The notes beneath the pieces were generated by a model, which had not been told where the DNA came from, did not search any database, and saw only the letters and a list, made by a program, of their open reading frames with translations. 64,000 nt of DNA. It comes from a candidate division WOR-3 bacterium. Its GTDB lineage: Bacteria; Hydrothermota; Tepidihabitantia; Tepidihabitantales; Tepidihabitantaceae. The position numbers and the translations under genes were made by a program. Location: contig CBFGKH010000011.1 of NCBI GenBank assembly GCA_965649295.1, positions 1 through 64,000 of the forward strand, in the 5' to 3' direction. This document shows, piece after piece, positions 58,621 to 64,000 of this stretch; position 1 is the first letter of the stretch, and each line of letters opens with the position of its first letter.

Positions 58621-60525
58621 TTACTCGTCGAGCGTCGAGATATCGCCAACTTCCTTGCCGAGGGCCTCGGCCTTGAGTAGACGGCGCATAATCTTGCCCG
58701 AACGGGTCTTGGGCAGTTTATCACGGAACTCGATTGAGTCGGGCCGGGCAATTGGCCCAATCTCACTCGCGACCCACTTCTTCAGTTCCTCTTTGAGCGC
58801 ATCGGTTTTCTCAAACCCGACCTTGAGCGTGACATAGGCCTTAGGAACGTCGCCCTTGATTGGGTCAGGAACGCCGATGACCGCAGCTTCGGCAACAGCG
58901 GGATGGGCGACGAGCGCTGATTCGATCTCAGCGGTGCCAAGCCGATGGCCGGCCACGTTGAGAACCTCGTCGGCGCGGCCGCGGAACCAGAAGTAACCGT
59001 CGGCATCCTTGGTGCAGGAATCACCGGTAAGGTATTTGCCTGGGAAGCGCGACCAGTAGGCTTCCTTGTAGCGCTCTGGGTCCTTATAGAGGGTGCGTAG
59101 CATCGCCGGCCAGGGTTTCAAGAGAACTGCAAAGCCGTTCTCCATCGCTTTGACAGGTCGGCCTTCGCCATCAACCACATCGGCTATGATGCCGGGCAGC
59201 GGCCGGGTTGCCGATCCAGCCTTGAGCGGCGTGATCGGTAGTGGCGAAATCATGAAGTTACCAGTCTCGGTCTGCCACCAGGTGTCCATGATCGGCAGCT
59301 TGTCGGCACCAATATTGGCCCGATACCAGCGCCAGGCCTCAGGGTTGATCGGTTCACCGACCGAGCCCAGTAGCCGTAGGCTGGAAAGGTCGTGCTTTCT
59401 CGGGAACTCTTCGCCAAAGCGCATGAACATTCGGATGGCTGTTGGCGAGGTATAGAGAATGGTGACCTTCTCGCGGGCGATGACGCTCCACCAGCGGTCA
59501 GGAGCCGGAAAGTCGGGTGCGCCCTCATACAGGATCGACGTCGCACCATTCATCAGTGGCGCATAGACGATGTAGGAGTGACCAGTGACCCAACCGACAT
59601 CAGCTGCACACCAGTAGATGTCCTCGGGCTTGATGTCGAAGACGAAGCGCAGAGTCGAGTACGTGCCGACCGCGTAACCGCCGTGGACGTGGACAATGCC
59701 TTTTGGTTTCCCAGTCGTGCCAGAAGTGTAGAGAATATAGAGTGGGTCCTCGGGATCGAGCTGTTCGGTCGGACATTCGTCGGACTCGTTTGCCGTGAGT
59801 TCGTGCCACCAGAGGTCGCGGCCTGGTTTCATCTCGACCGGGTTGCCGGCGCGTTTGAAGACGATGCAGTGCTGGAGTGACGGACAATCGGCGATTCCAG
59901 GGTCAGCGTTCGCCTTAAGTGTCACAATCTTGCCGCGGCGATAGCCGCCGTCAGCTGTAATCAGCAGCTTGGCTTCGGCATCGTTGATGCGGTCGCGCAA
60001 GGAGGCAGATGAGAAGCCGGAGAAGACGACTGAGTGAATGGCGCCGAGCTTGGCGCAAGCAAGCATTGCCACCGGCAGTTGTGGAATCATCGGCATGAAG
60101 ATGGTGACACGATCTCCCTTCTTGATGCCGAGTTTCTTCATTGCATTGGCCAGCTTGTTCACCTCGCGGTAGAGCATCGCGTAGGTCCAGCGCTCGACCG
60201 GTTGGTCAGTGGGCTCCGGTTCGTAGATATAGGCAACCTTGTCTTTGACGGCAGTCTTCATGTGCCGGTCGAGGCAGTTGTGGACGATGTTGAAGCTACC
60301 GCCAGTGAACCACTTATAGAAAGGGGCGTTGGAGTCGTCGAGGATTCGAGTGTAGGGTTTATACCACTCTAGTTCCTGGGCAACCTCGTTCCAATACCAG
60401 TTGTGATCTTCGGCCCGTTTGAGAAGCCCGTCAAGGTCGGCGATGCCGTGCTTCTTCATGAAGGCCATTATGTTCGATTTCTCGACCAGCTCCTGGGGGG
60501 GCTGGAATATCTGCTCATCGGCCAT
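58621..60525 (-). CDS. acs: Acetyl-CoA synthetase (AMP-forming)
   Basis: '[11 protein letters not shown]', 'DTWWQTETG', '[12 protein letters not shown]'. Confidence 0.95.
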   Translation of the reverse strand: MADEQIFQPPQELVEKSNIMAFMKKHGIADLDGLLKRAEDHNWYWNEVAQELEWYKPYTRILDDSNAPFYKWFTGGSFNIVHNCLDRHMKTAVKDKVAYIYEPEPTDQPVERWTYAMLYREVNKLANAMKKLGIKKGDRVTIFMPMIPQLPVAMLACAKLGAIHSVVFSGFSSASLRDRINDAEAKLLITADGGYRRGKIVTLKANADPGIADCPSLQHCIVFKRAGNPVEMKPGRDLWWHELTANESDECPTEQLDPEDPLYILYTSGTTGKPKGIVHVHGGYAVGTYSTLRFVFDIKPEDIYWCAADVGWVTGHSYIVYAPLMNGATSILYEGAPDFPAPDRWWSVIAREKVTILYTSPTAIRMFMRFGEEFPRKHDLSSLRLLGSVGEPINPEAWRWYRANIGADKLPIMDTWWQTETGNFMISPLPITPLKAGSATRPLPGIIADVVDGEGRPVKAMENGFAVLLKPWPAMLRTLYKDPERYKEAYWSRFPGKYLTGDSCTKDADGYFWFRGRADEVLNVAGHRLGTAEIESALVAHPAVAEAAVIGVPDPIKGDVPKAYVTLKVGFEKTDALKEELKKWVASEIGPIARPDSIEFRDKLPKTRSGKIMRRLLKAEALGKEVGDISTLDE

Positions 60526-60718
60526 CGTGGGTTCCTCCTTTAAGAGTGCTGACCAACTAAGTCGTTTCAGACTCGCTGATATTGCCAGGATATCGGTTTA
60601 AAGGTGCCCTGCAGCGAAGCAGGACGTCAGGCGGAAGTATATGGTAAAGGGTTTGGCCGGTCAAGCCTGCAGGCTAGCGTTGATTGACACTGTTGGGGCT
60701 AGTGGTATGGTTAGTTCT

Positions 60719-61516
60719 GTGACCGCTAAGTTGGATTCGGACCGGCTGGTGATTCTTGGCTCAGGAGGAGCAAGGATTGTTGTTGCTCGTCAACTGCGGG
60801 CCAGTGGCGGTCTCTGGTTCTCGCTGAACGGTACCAAGTTCCTTGTTGATCCAGGACCAGGTGCGTTGGTCAGAATGACCGGCAGTCGGCACGGGCTGCG
60901 ACCGACCGAACTCGCAGGTATCCTACTGTCGCACCGGCATCTTGACCATGCCGGCGATGTAAACAACATGATTGAGGCAATGACTCTGGGCGGGACTAGT
61001 CCCCGCGGCAGGCTCTATGCTCCGACCGATGCGTTGGAAGGAGAGGATGCGGTTGTCCTCCGCTATCTACGTAGTTTCCTAGAGGAGGTTGTGCCGCTTC
61101 GTGAAGGAGGGAAGTATCGGCTGGGGACAATTGAGTTCACCACGCCGGTTCGGCACCGTCACCGCGGTGAAGTCTATGGGTTTCGATTTAGCGCACCAGG
61201 GCTGAGCGTTGCTTACATTGCTGACACGAGTCCATTTCCGGAACTGGCGACCGCTTATCGGGCTGACGTTGTTCTGCTCAACGTGGTTCGAACCGAGCGA
61301 CTGGAACTTGACCATCTTGATGTACCGAGTGCGACCGAGCTCATCCGTCAGCTTCAGCCAAGGCTGGCCATTATTACCCATTTTGGGATGCAGGTCATCC
61401 GGGCCAAACCATGGGAGGTGGCAGCGGCGATGAGTAGGGCAAGCGGTTGTGTGGTAAGGGCGGCGAGCGACGGTATGCTCGTTGATCTGAGCGAGTATCG
61501 GCACGAAGGCTTGTGA
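60719..61516 (+). CDS. MBL-fold metallo-hydrolase
   Basis: 'ILGSGGAR', 'LVDPGPG', 'SHRHLDHAGD', 'ADT', 'THFG'. GTG 60719 lies 7 nt after TTGACA-16-TATGGT. Confidence 0.85.
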   Translation: MTAKLDSDRLVILGSGGARIVVARQLRASGGLWFSLNGTKFLVDPGPGALVRMTGSRHGLRPTELAGILLSHRHLDHAGDVNNMIEAMTLGGTSPRGRLYAPTDALEGEDAVVLRYLRSFLEEVVPLREGGKYRLGTIEFTTPVRHRHRGEVYGFRFSAPGLSVAYIADTSPFPELATAYRADVVLLNVVRTERLELDHLDVPSATELIRQLQPRLAIITHFGMQVIRAKPWEVAAAMSRASGCVVRAASDGMLVDLSEYRHEGL

Positions 61517-61539
61517 ATAGTGGCCCGCGCTAGTCTATC

Positions 61540-63156
61540 ATGGCCGAGGTGATGCGTAGGCCGGTGCGGTTACTGCCCGATGATGTTGTACGCCGGATTG
61601 CTGCCGGTGAGGTAATCGTCCGTCCGGCGAGTGCGGTCAAGGAGTTGATTGAGAATGCCCTTGATGCCGGCGCGAGTTCGATCCGAATCGAAATCAAGGC
61701 CGGCGGCAGGAACCTGATTCGAGTTTCAGACAACGGTTGTGGAATGGTGCGTGAAGACGCGCGGCTGGCAGTCGCGAGGCACGCCACAAGCAAGCTGATG
61801 CTGGTCGAAGACTTGACCAGGATTCAAAGCTACGGTTTTCGCGGCGAAGCGCTGGCCGCTATTGCGGCAGTTAGTCGGCTGACGCTTGAGACTAATGCCG
61901 ACGACTCGGGGCCGGGTACGGCGATAGATGTGGAAGGTGGAGAAATCAAGGCGGTGCGTGAAATAGCTCGGGCTCAGGGGACGACCGTGACCTGCCGCAT
62001 GCTTTTCTACAACCTGCCGGTGCGGCGGGCCTTTCTTAAGTCAGAATCCTACGAGACAAAGCTTGTAACCGAGGTTGTGCGCAGTTATGCGATCGCCTAT
62101 CCGCAGGTCGGTTTTGAGTTTCTGGCCGACGAAAGGTTAGTCGCTAAGCTCGGACCGGTGGCCAATACTCGCCAGCGGCTAGCGGCGCTTCTGGAGAAAC
62201 GGGTGGTCGAGAGTCTCGTCGAGGTGAAGGTTGACAATCCACTACTGACCCTGCGGGGATTCTGTGCTGATCCGAGTCAGGCGCGGGGTTACTATGATGT
62301 ACAGGCGGTCTATTTCAACCGCCGGCCTGTTCGTAGCACAACTGTGGTTCGAGCAATTTATGACGGCTACGGCCCAACCCTGGCCAACAACAATCCGAAC
62401 TTCATTGTTTTCATCGAGACCGATCCGGCGCGGCTTGATGTGAACATTCATCCGACAAAACAGGAAGTCAGGTTTGTTGACGAGCGGTTTCTCTTTGACT
62501 TTGTTTCAGAGGCGATTCGGCAGGGCCTTGGGATTCAGCGACCAGCCGGGACCAGTGATGCTGACTTTCTCTATCAACGTGGCTTTGCACCGGAGGATAC
62601 CGCACCACAGGATTTCTGGCAGCTTCACAATAGCTACATCTTGGCACAGGTAGCCTCAGGCTATGTGATTGTTGACCAGCATGCTGCTCACGAAAGGATC
62701 ATCTACGAGACCGTTGTTGCTGGCCGCGAACGTGCTCAGCCTCAGGGATTATTGTTTCCGATTACAGTTGAATTGAGTGCCGATGAGTTTACGGCTTTTG
62801 AGCGGGTACAGGAGCGGCTGACCCAGATGGGTATCGAGGCGCGGCCGTTCGGTGGCACCACCGTGGTTGTCGAGACGGTACCGGCCGGGACATATCTCGG
62901 TAAGGACGAGGTGCGTGAGCTTTTCGCCGAGCTGACCAAGGTTGCAGCCAAGGACGTCAGAATTGAGCACGAGCTTGCCAAACTCGTTGCCTGCAAGGCT
63001 GCGGTCAAGGCTGGACAACGGCTGGCAGCGCCAGAAATGGAGTCGCTCATCAACCGACTCTTTGCCTGTCGAGAGCCGTACTTTTGTCCGCACGGACGAC
63101 CGGCGATCATTAAAATTGCGGTTGCGGAACTCGATCGTCGCTTTGGGCGAACCTAA
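61540..63156 (+). CDS. mutL: DNA mismatch repair endonuclease MutL (short linker)
   Basis: 'IAAGEVIVRPASAVKELIENALDA', 'GFRGEALA', 'DQHAAHE', 'CPHGRP'. Confidence 0.95.
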   Translation: MAEVMRRPVRLLPDDVVRRIAAGEVIVRPASAVKELIENALDAGASSIRIEIKAGGRNLIRVSDNGCGMVREDARLAVARHATSKLMLVEDLTRIQSYGFRGEALAAIAAVSRLTLETNADDSGPGTAIDVEGGEIKAVREIARAQGTTVTCRMLFYNLPVRRAFLKSESYETKLVTEVVRSYAIAYPQVGFEFLADERLVAKLGPVANTRQRLAALLEKRVVESLVEVKVDNPLLTLRGFCADPSQARGYYDVQAVYFNRRPVRSTTVVRAIYDGYGPTLANNNPNFIVFIETDPARLDVNIHPTKQEVRFVDERFLFDFVSEAIRQGLGIQRPAGTSDADFLYQRGFAPEDTAPQDFWQLHNSYILAQVASGYVIVDQHAAHERIIYETVVAGRERAQPQGLLFPITVELSADEFTAFERVQERLTQMGIEARPFGGTTVVVETVPAGTYLGKDEVRELFAELTKVAAKDVRIEHELAKLVACKAAVKAGQRLAAPEMESLINRLFACREPYFCPHGRPAIIKIAVAELDRRFGRT

Positions 63157-63171
63157 CAAGTTGAGTCAGTT

Positions 63172-64000
63172 GTGAGGCGGGTGCTGGTTCTCTGTGGGCC
63201 AACCGGGGTTGGCAAGACCGACATTGCCGTCGCGTTGGCGCAGCGCCACAACCTCGAAATCATCTCGGCTGATTCGCGTCAGGTCTATCAGTTACTTGAC
63301 ATTGGGTCGGCCAAGCCGTCAGTAGCGATTCGTCGCAAGGTTCCGATCCACCTTGTGGATGTGGTGCTGCCAGGGCAGGTCTATTCGGCCGCTGACTATG
63401 CTCGCGACGCGCTGGCTCTGATGCGGCGTCTGAGCAGTGAAGGCAAGAGTTTCATCGTTGTCGGCGGAGCGGGTTTCTATCTGCGGGCTTTGTTTCAGCC
63501 GTTCTTCGCGGCGCCAAAGCCTGATCCGGCACTGCGGGCCCGGCTGATGGCCAAACCGGTTGCCGAGTTATATGCAAGGCTGCAGCAGGTCGATCCCGAC
63601 CGGGCGGTTAGGCTTCATCCGAATGACCGGCAGCGAATCGTCCGGGCGTTAGAGCTATACGAGCAGACCGGCAAAACCATGAGTTCGTTCTGCAGAGAAG
63701 TGGTACGGTCGGGTGAGTTCTGTCCGGTCTATGTTGTGCTGACGATGCCACGACAACTACTCTATCAGCGTATCAACGAGCGGTTCGATGCGATGCTGGC
63801 GGCTGGTTTGCTCGATGAGGTGCGCCGGTTGGCTGCAGCCGGGTATGGCAATGCGACTGGTGTGGCTGACGCCTACGGATATGCCGAACTTTTAGAGTAT
63901 CTTGCTGGCAGGCTTTCACTGGAGCAGGCAGTGGCACAGGCTAAGACCAGGACCCGCGCCTATGCCCGACGCCAGCTCACTTGGTTTCGAGCCCTGCCTG
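63172..64000 (+). CDS. miaA: tRNA dimethylallyltransferase (runs off the window end)
   Basis: Translated by hand: 'VLCGPTGVGKT', 'ISADSRQVY', 'IGSAKP', 'VGGAGFY', 'HPNDRQRIVRALE', 'YARRQLTWFR'. Confidence 0.93.
   Translation, partial: MRRVLVLCGPTGVGKTDIAVALAQRHNLEIISADSRQVYQLLDIGSAKPSVAIRRKVPIHLVDVVLPGQVYSAADYARDALALMRRLSSEGKSFIVVGGAGFYLRALFQPFFAAPKPDPALRARLMAKPVAELYARLQQVDPDRAVRLHPNDRQRIVRALELYEQTGKTMSSFCREVVRSGEFCPVYVVLTMPRQLLYQRINERFDAMLAAGLLDEVRRLAAAGYGNATGVADAYGYAELLEYLAGRLSLEQAVAQAKTRTRAYARRQLTWFRALP

Noticed and set aside
60560..60600. Partial similarity of the acs leader to a TPP riboswitch (CTGG..AAT..CAGCG)
   Set aside because: Lacks the CUGAGA and ACCUGA core elements.

Overview
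A bacterial chromosomal window of roughly 55-60% GC (estimated by eye). It holds many secreted proteins with Por/FlgD-Ig-like C-terminal tails, gingipain-like C25 proteins and a Kelch-repeat giant protein, plus several archaeal-type housekeeping genes. That mix suggests an anaerobic diderm such as candidate phylum WOR-3 (inference only). In order, the window contains: a large secreted protein running off the left edge (missing from the ORF track), mlaEFD, archaeal-type aspS, a DRG-like GTPase, DUF1015-serA, a 2-oxoacid:ferredoxin oxidoreductase (delta/alpha/beta/gamma), a lexA-small ORF-dinB cassette, two thiolase-like plus two DUF35 genes, a sensor kinase, an M14 carboxypeptidase, ABC-F plus a GGQ rescue factor, nfo, a beta-CASP nuclease, an S8 protease, queD, an aeRF1-like protein, a poly-gamma-glutamate operon (pgsBCW) continuing into six envelope/secreted genes, tRNA-Arg(CCT), guaB, malic enzyme, an OFA-type MFS transporter, acs, mutL and miaA (truncated). 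The top finding is the secreted jelly-roll-like gene at 6269..6862(-). It almost certainly reads through its UGA: the context is Cys-UGA-Gly, an fdhF-like SECIS hairpin (GGCGGA-GGUC-UCCGCC) follows, and the frame continues for 26 protein-like codons that end just before a terminator. This makes it a candidate new exported selenoprotein. Also notable: a perfect GTAAAC-N4-GTTTAC operator over the start codon of a leaderless lexA, thiolase paralogues lacking the nucleophilic Cys, His-less C25 peptidases, widespread leaderless genes and a bias to 16-bp promoter spacers. No CRISPR array, rRNA gene or transposase was seen.
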